From Desulfurococcales archaeon (GTDB lineage Archaea; Thermoproteota; Thermoprotei_A; Sulfolobales; Desulfurococcaceae): a DNA stretch of 64,000 bases. The position numbers and the translations under genes are program-made. Numbering within the stretch: position 1 is the stretch's first letter; each line of letters starts with the position of its first letter. The stretch covers positions 1-64,000 of the forward strand of contig JALVYU010000031.1 of NCBI GenBank assembly GCA_027022365.1, written 5' to 3'. The notes under the pieces are model-generated. The model made no database searches and was not told the origin of the DNA. It saw only the letters and a program-made list of their open reading frames with translations. Of this stretch, positions 20,053-29,146 are shown piece after piece.

Positions 20053-21317
20053 AGCCCGGGAAGATAATGGCGGAGATGAAGGTACTTTTATGGAAAGAGC
20101 TAACTGATCTAAAGAGAGACAAGAAGACCCTGTTCACAAGTATACTGTTACCCCTCCTAATGCTCCCGTTAATGGGATTCATAGGCTTTGCACTGGCACA
20201 AGAACAGATCATTAATGTGGCGGTTGTAGATCTCGATCACGCTACAGCCCATAATAGATTGCTAAACATAACGTTTAGCTCCGGGTGGCTTCTCGGAAAC
20301 ATTACTTATTATCTAGCAAAATATGGTTACAACTACACTGTATCCAATTCCACATCCATCATAAAGAACCCCTCTATAGACCTAATGATAGTCATACCGA
20401 GGGGTTTTGCTGAGAACGCGACAAGCCTCACTCATGTTGCTAGGATCGAGATCTACAGGAAAGCTGGCCTACAAACAACTGGTAGAGTAGAGGGCTTAAT
20501 TTACAGTATAGTCAACTGGTTTTCAGATCAACTCAGCAAAGAGAAAATCATGGCGCTAGCAAGACTCGCTGGAGTAAACGCGACGATCGAGGCGCTCCGT
20601 AACCCCATAATATACACCACAACAATAGTAAGCATATCTGGATCGCCTGTCAATACAGCCTTTCAGATCAGGGTAACCATCTCTAGGTTCTTAGTCCTTG
20701 CATTGAGCTTTGTAGTGACTCCCGCCGCATCATATGTTATTGACGGTATAATCGGTGAAAGAGAAAGAAAGACTATGGAGCTCCTTCTATCCCATCCGGT
20801 GAAGCCCTCTACGATAATAAATGCCAAGGTAATTGCGGCGACCATACTTGGATTAATTACGGCGATAGCGGATGCCTTCGGCCTCCTGATCTATATCTCG
20901 CTCTCAGCGATAACTTATGGCTCTCAAGCACCATTCTTGGTTGATCCCTGGTTACTATTGGTGCATAGCATAACTGCTTTCTTCACAATTCTAGTAACAG
21001 TTGCTATTAGCCTGCCGTTCATCACGAGGACAAAAGGAATTAGGAGTGCATCTAATATCATGAGTATAGTGACCATGATGGCTGTTGTCTTCTTCTTTAC
21101 AGCTCTCTTTGTGGATTATATGAGGCTTCCCACATATATTCTGGCCCCATTGTACGTAATACCTTATGTTCACAGCATACTAGCAATACAGACATACGTG
21201 ATAGGATATTCCTTCCAAGCATTCCTGCACATATTGTTCCTCGCAATAACAAGCACTGCAATACTATACCTTACAACGAAAACACTTAACACAGAAAAAC
21301 TACTGATGTCAAAATAG
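20049..21317 (+). CDS. ABC-2 type permease (NatB-like)
   Basis: KEL.D..RDKKT, extracellular domain, GERERKTMELLL..P, multiple TM helices. Overlaps the ATPase stop. Confidence 0.88.
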   Translation: MKPGKIMAEMKVLLWKELTDLKRDKKTLFTSILLPLLMLPLMGFIGFALAQEQIINVAVVDLDHATAHNRLLNITFSSGWLLGNITYYLAKYGYNYTVSNSTSIIKNPSIDLMIVIPRGFAENATSLTHVARIEIYRKAGLQTTGRVEGLIYSIVNWFSDQLSKEKIMALARLAGVNATIEALRNPIIYTTTIVSISGSPVNTAFQIRVTISRFLVLALSFVVTPAASYVIDGIIGERERKTMELLLSHPVKPSTIINAKVIAATILGLITAIADAFGLLIYISLSAITYGSQAPFLVDPWLLLVHSITAFFTILVTVAISLPFITRTKGIRSASNIMSIVTMMAVVFFFTALFVDYMRLPTYILAPLYVIPYVHSILAIQTYVIGYSFQAFLHILFLAITSTAILYLTTKTLNTEKLLMSK

Positions 21318-21325
21318 CGCTTAAA

Positions 21326-21386
21326 CGGATGATGAGCCCAGGAAAGCCGAGCGGGAGGCAATGAAGAGTTCAGCCTTGGCTGACAA
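21326..21386 (+). ncRNA. Box C/D methylation-guide sRNA
   Basis: ATGATGA(C, 21329)-GCCCAGGAAAG-CCGA(D')-GCGGGAGGCA-ATGAAGA(C')-GTTCAGCCTTGG-CTGA(D, 21380). The D guide core TTCAGCCTTG is complementary to conserved archaeal 16S CAAGGCTGAA. Confidence 0.85.
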
Positions 21387-21469
21387 TACGATATTAGAAA
21401 GACTATTAGCTTGTTTAATTATTAAGAGTACTTTGGTAATCATTGAAACTTTAGTCTTCTATTAATATG

Positions 21470-21715
21470 AGTGTTTTTACTTTCTTTCCATGGTATTTCT
21501 TTAGTTTTTCTTGATGGTTCACGGAAACTAGGAGAGATACCGGTAAGCCTTAATGGCGACACTATATGGGTTTACTTGACGTTTAAGTAAGAAGGAGGTA
21601 AAGCTAGGGGAGATAAGAAATGTTATGGGTGTTGATATTAATTTTGGCTCCGTGGTATATACAGTTCTCGGCAATAATGGGGAACTAATCTCTATGAATG
21701 TATTGGTGTTTCGTG
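21470..21715 (+). pseudogene. tnpB: tnpB internal fragment (WED/RuvC-I region)
   Basis: Frameshifted translation ...DGSRKLGEIPVSLNGDTIWVYLTFK / EVKLGEIRNVMGVDINFGSVVYTV. VMGVDIN is a RuvC-I-type motif. Left boundary approximate. Confidence 0.65.
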
Positions 21716-21920
21716 GTGGTTGTCTGTGCCCGTTAGTTTAGGTAGTTTAGCTACTTTAGTTACTTGTTACTAGTTCGGGCACGGGTTCATCCCACCTTGT
21801 TTCTTCCTCGTAGCCCGCCTAAGGCTCCAGAGAGTCGCTTATACCTCCAGAGCCATCGGCGAACTACGGTGCACATGCCTCGTCCCTCAGCTAAGCTTCA
21901 TCAGCTCATCGGCTTTCCGA
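21716..21920 (-). mobile_element. Non-coding IS200/IS605-type right-end / omegaRNA-like relic (copy A)
   Basis: Minus strand ...GCCGATGAGCTGATGAAG...GGTGGGATGAACCC-GTGCCCG-(43 nt)-CGGGCAC-AGACAACCAC, homologous to 29147-29274. Confidence 0.55.
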
Positions 21921-21925
21921 AATAC

Positions 21926-21949
21926 TTATATCTGGATATCTGGATATAA
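21926..21949. promoter_or_regulatory. Repeat/quasi-palindrome in the RHH-tnpB promoter (putative RHH operator)
   Basis: TTATATCTGGATATCTGGATATAA: tandem ATATCTGG with palindromic TTATATC/GATATAA ends, 17 nt upstream of the RHH ATG. Confidence 0.45.
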
Positions 21950-21966
21950 ATCTTTTGGTGAATAGT

Positions 21967-22119
21967 ATGGGTAGGATGTTAGTTAAGATTGATGATGAGC
22001 TTGAGGAAAGGTTTAGAATAGCTGTACTCAAGATTAAGGGTAAGAAGCGTGGAGCATTATCGGAAGCTGTTGAGGAGGCTATCAAGTTATGGTTGGAAAA
22101 ATACGAGAACCAGAAGTAA
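21967..22119 (+). CDS. Ribbon-helix-helix (CopG-like) protein, 50 aa
   Basis: Manual translation MGRMLVKIDDELEERFRIAVLKIKGKKRGALSEAVEEAIKLWLEKYENQK (beta strand plus two helices), GGTGA SD, overlaps the tnpB start. Below the ORF-track cutoff. Confidence 0.85.
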   Translation: MGRMLVKIDDELEERFRIAVLKIKGKKRGALSEAVEEAIKLWLEKYENQK

Positions 22120-22675
22120 AGCATATAACAATAACTGGTAGGATAATACCGCTGGATAACGATAGCTACATGGAGCTAGTACTTCTAGCACACAGGTTTA
22201 GGAAATTACTAAATGATTCATGTCATTTAATTGCAGAGAGTATTGTTGGGATTGCAAGGAATACAGTGCAGTAATAGCATTAGAGGATTTGAAGAGAATC
22301 AGAGATAGAGTTAATGGAAACAACAGGTTTAGCTGGAAAATATATTTAGGGGCTAATAGGAGGATACAGAACTACATCCACTACAAGGCACTACTAGAGG
22401 GGGCACCAGTGGTATATGTTAGTCCTAGAGGGACTTCAAAAACCTCCCCAAAAGGTGGTAGATTAATATCCATCAACTATAGACAGGTTAAGCTACCTAA
22501 TGGAATAATCACTACCAGAGACGTTGTTGCTTCATGGAATCTCGCTTTGAGGTACCTGCAGATGAGGGGCTCTCGTGGTTGGTTGAGCCCTGATAGCCTC
22601 CTCAATGATGGGATGAAAACCCGACCAAATAGGAGGAAGCCCCTTCAGGTTTTCAAAGTTTCGAAAATACCCTAA
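22089..22675 (+). pseudogene. tnpB: IS200/IS605-family TnpB, internally deleted and frameshifted
   Basis: N-terminus (ITITGRIIP...LAHRFRK) joined directly to the bridge-helix region, then a frameshift into IALEDL (RuvC-II), IHYKA..EG.PV.YV.P.GTSK and RDVVASWNL (RuvC-III). Confidence 0.85.
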
Positions 22676-22696
22676 ATACTATACACGGGCAACCAC
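22560..22696 (+). mobile_element. IS200/IS605 right end / omegaRNA scaffold region overlapping the tnpB 3' end
   Basis: Hairpin GGGCTC..GAGCCC, GATGAAAACCC, and terminal CGAAAATACCCTAAATACTATACACGGGCAACCAC with a paralogue at 29113-29146. Confidence 0.55.
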
Positions 22697-22744
22697 AGAA
22701 ATAGGAGTCTTTAACCAATTTCCATAGATGACCCAAATAATCAC

Positions 22745-24157
22745 ATGGTGTACATAGTGGATAAGACCGTAGACGATATACAGAAAATCATAGAATGGCT
22801 TGCAAATAAGCACTGGTGGCCATTCAGGAACACTGAACACGGGAAACTCGCTGTAAGAGAACTCTTCTCCACAGATAAGATCACTGCATTATTAATAGAA
22901 GATAGCGTCAGAAAGGTAGTGGTTCCCTTAGCTGTATCATATGAAAAACCGGTTACAATTGATTATCTGAGAATAAATGGTAAGTACATCTTTGAAGCGG
23001 AGTACCTTAGAAACTACTGGGAAGAGCTACGCAGGGTCTGCGATATTAAACAATATGTAAAGATACATGGAAAAACAAGCAACGTTCATCTTCTAACTAG
23101 AGAATCGACTCACTTCATTATATCACACGAACTAAGTACCGGAGACAGCATAGTGGTTAAGGGATATAGGCACATATTACCATTGAATATCGAAGAAAAA
23201 TACTATGAGACTATCCTAGGAGCAGGATACAAGTATGCTCCTAAACCTCTTGTCTCTGTAAGTTATCAAGGAATACCCATAGGCATAGTCATCGAGTATA
23301 TTGACAACATTGGTGACGCAACAGCACCATTCAGAAAAGCATTCGAGGAGAAGACAGGAAAAGCATCCCTCAAACTAGGATTAGCCGCTAAGCTGGGCTC
23401 ACAAATAGCGGGGCTCCACCTTGCACTAAATAGCGCCGACAATGATTTCAGCGGGAAAGACAGGATTAGTCAGGAAGACATTAGAAGATGGAGTAATAGA
23501 ATACGACGGAGATACAAGGATGCAGTCAGACAGCTCGAGAAACTAGTAGATAATGCGGACGGGAAAAGAAAAACTGCAAGATACGAAAAATGGTTAAACC
23601 ACCTATATCTCTTCAGAGAAAATGTTGAAAGAGCTATCTCCTACCTCGAAGCATACATAGACTCTTACAAGATAAGGACTCATCAAGACCTGCACCTTCT
23701 ACAGATTCTTTATGGCCGTGACGAAAACTTCTACTTCATAGATTTCGAGGGAGAACCCGGAAGAACACGTGACGAGTTATTGGAAAAAGAGCCTCCACTA
23801 AGAGATGTTGCAGTCATGATAAGGAGTTTCCAGTATCTTTCCTATGAACTATATATGTTTAAACACAAACTTACACGCACAGCAACATCAGGTAGACTTC
23901 TGAGAAACGATCCTCTATGGAACTGGAGAATGAGACACTCCCTTAGCATGCTGTTAAGCTACCTATCTGCATCTATTAACGCTGACCTACATGGTATTCC
24001 TCGAGAGATTATATTGACGCGTTACAATGACCTCATCTATCCCTGGCTAGTAGATAGGGGGTTATACGAGATAATATATGAGGCTACATATAATCCCGAT
24101 AGAATCCCAATACCACTGATCGGACTGGTCAATCCAAGTATACCAATAAATACATAG
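22745..24157 (+). CDS. Maltokinase (Mak/Pep2)-like phosphotransferase
   Basis: RTHQDLHLLQIL, FIDFEGEP and PLRDVA.M.RSF.Y motifs of the maltokinase/APH fold. Confidence 0.8.
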   Translation: MVYIVDKTVDDIQKIIEWLANKHWWPFRNTEHGKLAVRELFSTDKITALLIEDSVRKVVVPLAVSYEKPVTIDYLRINGKYIFEAEYLRNYWEELRRVCDIKQYVKIHGKTSNVHLLTRESTHFIISHELSTGDSIVVKGYRHILPLNIEEKYYETILGAGYKYAPKPLVSVSYQGIPIGIVIEYIDNIGDATAPFRKAFEEKTGKASLKLGLAAKLGSQIAGLHLALNSADNDFSGKDRISQEDIRRWSNRIRRRYKDAVRQLEKLVDNADGKRKTARYEKWLNHLYLFRENVERAISYLEAYIDSYKIRTHQDLHLLQILYGRDENFYFIDFEGEPGRTRDELLEKEPPLRDVAVMIRSFQYLSYELYMFKHKLTRTATSGRLLRNDPLWNWRMRHSLSMLLSYLSASINADLHGIPREIILTRYNDLIYPWLVDRGLYEIIYEATYNPDRIPIPLIGLVNPSIPINT

Positions 24158-24278
24158 TTTCATTAACAGCTACTTTTTCTCGTACTAAGAATTTGACTAT
24201 ATAATATATCAATAATATAGTTACAGAATAGAACAAGAAAATACGCTAATATAGCTAGTATGTGGTGAATAAGCGAGA

Positions 24279-25040
24279 ATGACTCCAAAGTATGTGGCGG
24301 CAGCACTACTATTATCTACCATTACGCTGGCTCTGATATCTGTGTCTCCATTATCTTCTGCTGAGAGCATGGAGGAGTACTTTGACGTAAAAATACTGAT
24401 CAATGCAAGATACGTAGGGGGAAGCATAATCAGTATAGATGTCAGGTTCGAGTTTATCAATAAGTTTATGGAACCTGTTCGCATTTTTGTTCTCAGGGAG
24501 CCTCGAATATCGCTCATATATAGTAATACATCCAAGACGCTATCGGTACCATGTAGGAGTAGAGCCTTAGATACTGATGCGAGATCAAGTACAACATACG
24601 CTACGGCTAGACTCTATCTACTAGTAAATAATGTGCCCGACAGACTTATCATCGACGGTGGATTAATAGAGGTTGTTTCTGCGAACAGGAGTCTCGCAAA
24701 TCTAACTAAGATAATATCATATAACACACATACAGCATCATCGAGAATACTGTTTAATAACATATCTCTAAATAATAAAAGTGTCCAACCCCAAATGAAT
24801 TATCGCGAAATCCTTTATAAAGTAAGAACACCTGAGCAACAGAGCCAGTTAACTGCGACAACATCTCCTCAGATCAATGTCTATAGAGCCATCCGGATAA
24901 AACCGGGAGAAAACATAAGTGAACACAACACTAGTCCACAATCTGATTATACATATTATATATTAGAGATCATGGGTATCATTTTTCTATTACTTGCTGT
25001 ACTGATCCTTTATTTGTTAAAAAGTATATTTGTTAGGTAG
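24279..25040 (+). CDS. Secreted protein with C-terminal membrane anchor
   Basis: Signal peptide, S/T/Q-rich linker, C-terminal TM helix. Confidence 0.65.
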   Translation: MTPKYVAAALLLSTITLALISVSPLSSAESMEEYFDVKILINARYVGGSIISIDVRFEFINKFMEPVRIFVLREPRISLIYSNTSKTLSVPCRSRALDTDARSSTTYATARLYLLVNNVPDRLIIDGGLIEVVSANRSLANLTKIISYNTHTASSRILFNNISLNNKSVQPQMNYREILYKVRTPEQQSQLTATTSPQINVYRAIRIKPGENISEHNTSPQSDYTYYILEIMGIIFLLLAVLILYLLKSIFVR

Positions 25041-25130
25041 TATACAAATCATAAATAAAATAGCTACATCATATCTTTCATAATGGTTTATCTATGACTG
25101 GTAACAATATGTTTCTCCTGGTGCCGTCTT

Positions 25131-25598
25131 TTGAGGAAGGATAAAATAAGGGGGAATGATACCCCTGATCCTGTGCTTGAACTAAGTGGGAATAGTCTAA
25201 GAGTATACATGCTGCTCCTATCAGAGAGAAAACCAATGAGTATCAGGGAGATACAGCGCAGAGTCGGGTTCAGAAGCCCTAATAGCGCACGTCACCACTT
25301 AGAAAGACTATACAATATGGGATTCATTCGTAAAACTAGGAACGGATATGTAGCGATAAAGCCTAGTTCCTCGATACTTGATTTAGTCTTTATGATAAAA
25401 GGAAAGATCCTCCCCCGAATATTATATGTTGATCTGCTTGCAGTTCTTCTTCTCATAGGTTATATTGTGATCTATCATTCTTCGCTAAATATATTCGTCA
25501 TAGGCTCGTTCGTCGCGATCATAGCGGCACTGACTATTGAGCTACACCGGATACATAACAGGTTGAAAAAGCTTATAGAACGTGTTAAAAATAGTTAA
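25131..25598 (+). CDS. Membrane-anchored winged-HTH transcription regulator
   Basis: PMSIREIQRRVGFRSPNSARHHLERL..MGFI wHTH followed by two TM helices. Confidence 0.75.
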   Translation: MRKDKIRGNDTPDPVLELSGNSLRVYMLLLSERKPMSIREIQRRVGFRSPNSARHHLERLYNMGFIRKTRNGYVAIKPSSSILDLVFMIKGKILPRILYVDLLAVLLLIGYIVIYHSSLNIFVIGSFVAIIAALTIELHRIHNRLKKLIERVKNS

Positions 25599-25699
25599 AA
25601 TAAGTCATTTGCAATAGCTTTATGTTTGACCTGATAGCAAAATAACATTGGCGAAGTTGAAGTTATTGATAAAAACTAAACACGTGGGATGATAGCGCT

Positions 25700-26629
25700 A
25701 TGGCGAAGACAATAGTGATAAGCCACTGGGATCTTGATGGTCTTGCCAGTGCAACTATACTAGCTTTAAAACTAGCACCCGTAAAGATATGGCTGGCAAG
25801 CGTTACGGCTGTTCCTAGATACTTAAAGAAAGCCCTAGAGGAATACAGCCCGGACCAGATCTGGATAAGTGATCTAAACCCTCAAATAAGTCAAACCAAC
25901 GATCTGAGAATATTTATTAAACAAGCAAGAATTGAGGGCGTTAAGATAAAGTGGATCGACCATCATGAATGGGATCGCAAAATATATGATCTAATCCACC
26001 GATACAATGAAACGGTATGGTATCTGGTAGATCCCTCGACCGTAACAGCCGACCTTATTGCTAGAAGGTTAAGAATAAGAGATAATCCCTACATTAATGA
26101 ACTCGTTAGTCTCGCAATAGACGATGATTTCTTCATGAACAGATACGAGCTAACCATTAGATGGAGAAGAGTCCTGCGCTGGTACTCTTGGAGCATAAGA
26201 TACAAGGCACTCAATAGTTTCATCGGCGGTGACATAAGTCCCTACTGGATGAACAAGATGTATGAAGATGAGGTCAAAAACCTCTATGAGAACCTGATAA
26301 GAGAAGCCCTAGGCAGAATGGATATTATAGAGAAAAATGGGTTCAAGATAATCATATTCCAGGACGTGGATCCGAAAGTACACCCAGGAGAACTCACGGA
26401 AGCAGCGAAGAAGAACGGTGTAACAGCTGATGTCTACATTGTCAGGTATCCGAGAGGAGCAAGCCTAAGGAGTGACTACTATGATGTATCTATAATTGCG
26501 AAGATGCTTGGTGGTGGGGGCCATCCATATGCTGCCGGCATACCGGGAAAGATCAATATATCCAAGATCATTGAGGCGGTCACACACACATTCAAGCAGA
26601 GGATGAATACCAATACAATTATCATGTAG
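25700..26629 (+). CDS. DHH/DHHA1 family phosphoesterase
   Basis: H.DLDG, SDL, WIDHH, SLRS, GGGGHPYAAG. Confidence 0.9.
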   Translation: MAKTIVISHWDLDGLASATILALKLAPVKIWLASVTAVPRYLKKALEEYSPDQIWISDLNPQISQTNDLRIFIKQARIEGVKIKWIDHHEWDRKIYDLIHRYNETVWYLVDPSTVTADLIARRLRIRDNPYINELVSLAIDDDFFMNRYELTIRWRRVLRWYSWSIRYKALNSFIGGDISPYWMNKMYEDEVKNLYENLIREALGRMDIIEKNGFKIIIFQDVDPKVHPGELTEAAKKNGVTADVYIVRYPRGASLRSDYYDVSIIAKMLGGGGHPYAAGIPGKINISKIIEAVTHTFKQRMNTNTIIM

Positions 26630-26630
26630 A

Positions 26631-27140
26631 ATGGGTTCCGTCACGGGCCACGGGAATATAGAACTAATGAAGATGAGTCGTCCATTGTACGAATTGCTTG
26701 CTCTAATATTTACTGCTATTCTCCCAGGCATCGAAGCTAGAGGCGCCATTCCATTAGGTTTCGTCATGGGTCTTAACCCGTACATAGTTCTGATAGTATC
26801 CTACCTTGCAAGTTCTTTCCCATCAATACCGATCATTTACTTTCTTGAGAAAATAGAGCCCGTTCTTAGAAGGTATAGACTCGTAGCAAAGATATATGAT
26901 GCTTTTCTCGATAAGGTTAGGGGGAAAGCTGAATCCCTGCGTAAGCATAGATATATGTATTTGGCTCTTTCAGCCTACGTGGCTATTCCCCTTCCATTGA
27001 CGGGGGTATGGACTGGTAGTTTCTTAGCCTATCTACTGGGCCTTGAGCCTAAAAAATCGGTGATCAGTATATTTCTCGGAAACCTTGTTGCGTCCTTGAC
27101 AATTTTCACGACAGTCTATGGTATTTCAATCCTGCTATGA
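26631..27140 (+). CDS. COG2426 family small membrane protein
   Basis: PGIEARGAIPLG and VAIPLP.TG.WTG motifs. Confidence 0.8.
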   Translation: MGSVTGHGNIELMKMSRPLYELLALIFTAILPGIEARGAIPLGFVMGLNPYIVLIVSYLASSFPSIPIIYFLEKIEPVLRRYRLVAKIYDAFLDKVRGKAESLRKHRYMYLALSAYVAIPLPLTGVWTGSFLAYLLGLEPKKSVISIFLGNLVASLTIFTTVYGISILL

Positions 27141-27184
27141 ATCCTAGCCCCTTTAAATAAACAATTGACTACTTATAGACCGGT

Positions 27185-27721
27185 GTGTGGTTCATGAGCG
27201 ATGTAAGGACAACTCTTAACAATAATGTGCTGATAGAAGAAGACTTAGTTGGAACCGCATATACAATATCAGACATGATAATTATAAGTCTGGCATATCA
27301 TGACATCGTGGATAAGCCAGAAGAGAAAGAGCATGCAAAGAACATAATTAGAAGCCTCGTAACAGAATGGCTAGAACTAGTTGCGCCGATCAAATACGTT
27401 CCGGGGCTTGTCGAGGAAGTAGCAAATACCATAAATAATAAGTTATGGGATTCAATAGTTGATGAAGAATTCCTAGAAAGAATAATTGTTGATACTTTGA
27501 TCTTCAAGGAAAAAGCACTTGTTGGTGATGAACCGGAAGTAATCGAGGCGCTCGCAACTGTCCTAGCGGCAAGGCTCGAGTATCTTATTGAAGCCCTTGG
27601 CGGTGATCCACGTAACACTGTAATAATTTACGATATACTATATGGTGAGAAACCTGGATCGGTAAGGATCGCCGAAGAGGTAGCCCTAGCAGCTACATTA
27701 CTGACTATAGCTACTAATTAA
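27185..27721 (+). CDS. Hypothetical acidic helical protein
   Basis: 178-aa ORF with an upstream TTTAAATA TATA-like box. No family recognised. Confidence 0.65.
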   Translation: MWFMSDVRTTLNNNVLIEEDLVGTAYTISDMIIISLAYHDIVDKPEEKEHAKNIIRSLVTEWLELVAPIKYVPGLVEEVANTINNKLWDSIVDEEFLERIIVDTLIFKEKALVGDEPEVIEALATVLAARLEYLIEALGGDPRNTVIIYDILYGEKPGSVRIAEEVALAATLLTIATN

Positions 27722-27924
27722 TAAGTGGATGTTTCTGCGTGATGATATAATAGTGTATATGTTTTGATATTTGTATGATTTTGTTATTGTATTTTGATAT
27801 ATTCTCAGAGTATTTTTCGTACTAAACGGATAACTATTATACCATTGTTTGCCAGAAATAACATGGCATTCATACAGCAGTTAAGATATCCGATGTTTTT
27901 GCATCCACATGGTGGTGTTTCAAC

Positions 27925-28839
27925 GTGGTTTCGAAGAAAGAGATCACGCGCACTTATGTCCCCATAATAATATTGATTATTGGTCTTTTCATAAACTACA
28001 ATATTGCGATCTCAACACTCGTCATAGGTGATTTCCCAGCTGAAATCCCATTATATTTTAATCTGCCGATGAGGTTTACGCAGGACTACCTGGTGACTGA
28101 CATAGGGTCTGGAAACTCCGTGCTCATACAGCATGAAGGATTCTCCTGGGGTGTAGGGTTTGCAGCCACAAGTAATAGTACGTCGTTCATACACATTGAA
28201 CTCTCGGGGCCGGATATTTATGCTATTACTGTATGGATAGCCTCTATGATCATATATTATCTCGCCTATAAGCTTATCAGTTATCGGTACGATTTCGTAA
28301 AGATAGTAATCGCAATTATACTTATCCTATCCTTGATCAGCCTCTACTACTATAATAATTATTATAGCATTCCAATGGTCAAGGCATATAATACCATCAG
28401 ATTTAAGCCAATAACAGCTGTTAATACTACTCAAACAACAATGTACGTCATAGATCAAGGCATAACATCGGACTCCCTCATCTATATCTCCACATCAATG
28501 CCTGTAAATATAATACTCGCCTACGGCCCGAACCTCGAGCACAGCAAGGTATTGGCTGTAGCGACGACACGGTTTGGCGGATACCTTAAAGCAACTGAGC
28601 CACACAGTGTTCTCGTCATACAGACCCTTAAGGGATTAAAGCCAAGTTTTGTCTATCATCGAGTATATTTCATATTCATACATGGTCCCAACATCTTTGT
28701 ATTCATAACTCCCATATTGATGTTGATAGCGGCGCTAGCAATTGTCTCAGTATATTCTAGACTCAGTCGTAAAATAGAGGATATATCTATTGATAAAGGA
28801 TCTAGAGAAACCAAATTAGGGGCGAGCCAGACCACATAG
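27925..28839 (+). CDS. Hypothetical multi-pass membrane protein
   Basis: About four hydrophobic segments separating two beta-rich extramembrane regions. GGTGG SD. Confidence 0.65.
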   Translation: MVSKKEITRTYVPIIILIIGLFINYNIAISTLVIGDFPAEIPLYFNLPMRFTQDYLVTDIGSGNSVLIQHEGFSWGVGFAATSNSTSFIHIELSGPDIYAITVWIASMIIYYLAYKLISYRYDFVKIVIAIILILSLISLYYYNNYYSIPMVKAYNTIRFKPITAVNTTQTTMYVIDQGITSDSLIYISTSMPVNIILAYGPNLEHSKVLAVATTRFGGYLKATEPHSVLVIQTLKGLKPSFVYHRVYFIFIHGPNIFVFITPILMLIAALAIVSVYSRLSRKIEDISIDKGSRETKLGASQTT

Positions 28840-28949
28840 ATGAAGTGGAACGCATCAGGGCTCTCTGTGAGAAACACGGTGTAAACTACTAGCTCGTTTG
28901 AGTACCTGAAGGGTTTTGGTATATGGAGACTTTAAACTTATATGTGCTA

Positions 28950-29146
28950 CGCGGGTAAGTTAATACGAGCATGCACGCCAGGGCTGTGATGCCCGATGAC
29001 GGTTTCTGTCCCATAAGGCGCTTCCCGTTGTAGGCATTGATGCAGCTCCTGATGAACCACTGGCAAGGATGAAGCGGCCGAGGGAGAAGTTCGTACAAGC
29101 CCCCGTAGCTACCGAAATAACCTAAACGCCGTACATGGACAACCGC
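28950..29146 (+). mobile_element. Degenerate tnpB 3'-end / right-end relic
   Basis: Ends CGAAATAACCTAAACGCCGTACATGGACAACCGC, alignable with 22662-22696. Preceded by CCTGATGAACC...GGATGAAGCGG. Left boundary approximate. Confidence 0.5.

Noticed and set aside
21733-21775. Short TAGTT/GTTAC repeats considered as a CRISPR remnant or dif site
   Set aside because: No repeat-spacer periodicity and no 11-6-11 dif architecture. Better explained as an IS-end core.
28835-28930. Peptide fragments EVERIRALCEKHGVNY and FEYLKGFG, vaguely like an IS607 serine recombinase
   Set aside because: Too short, and the DRL.R catalytic motif is absent.
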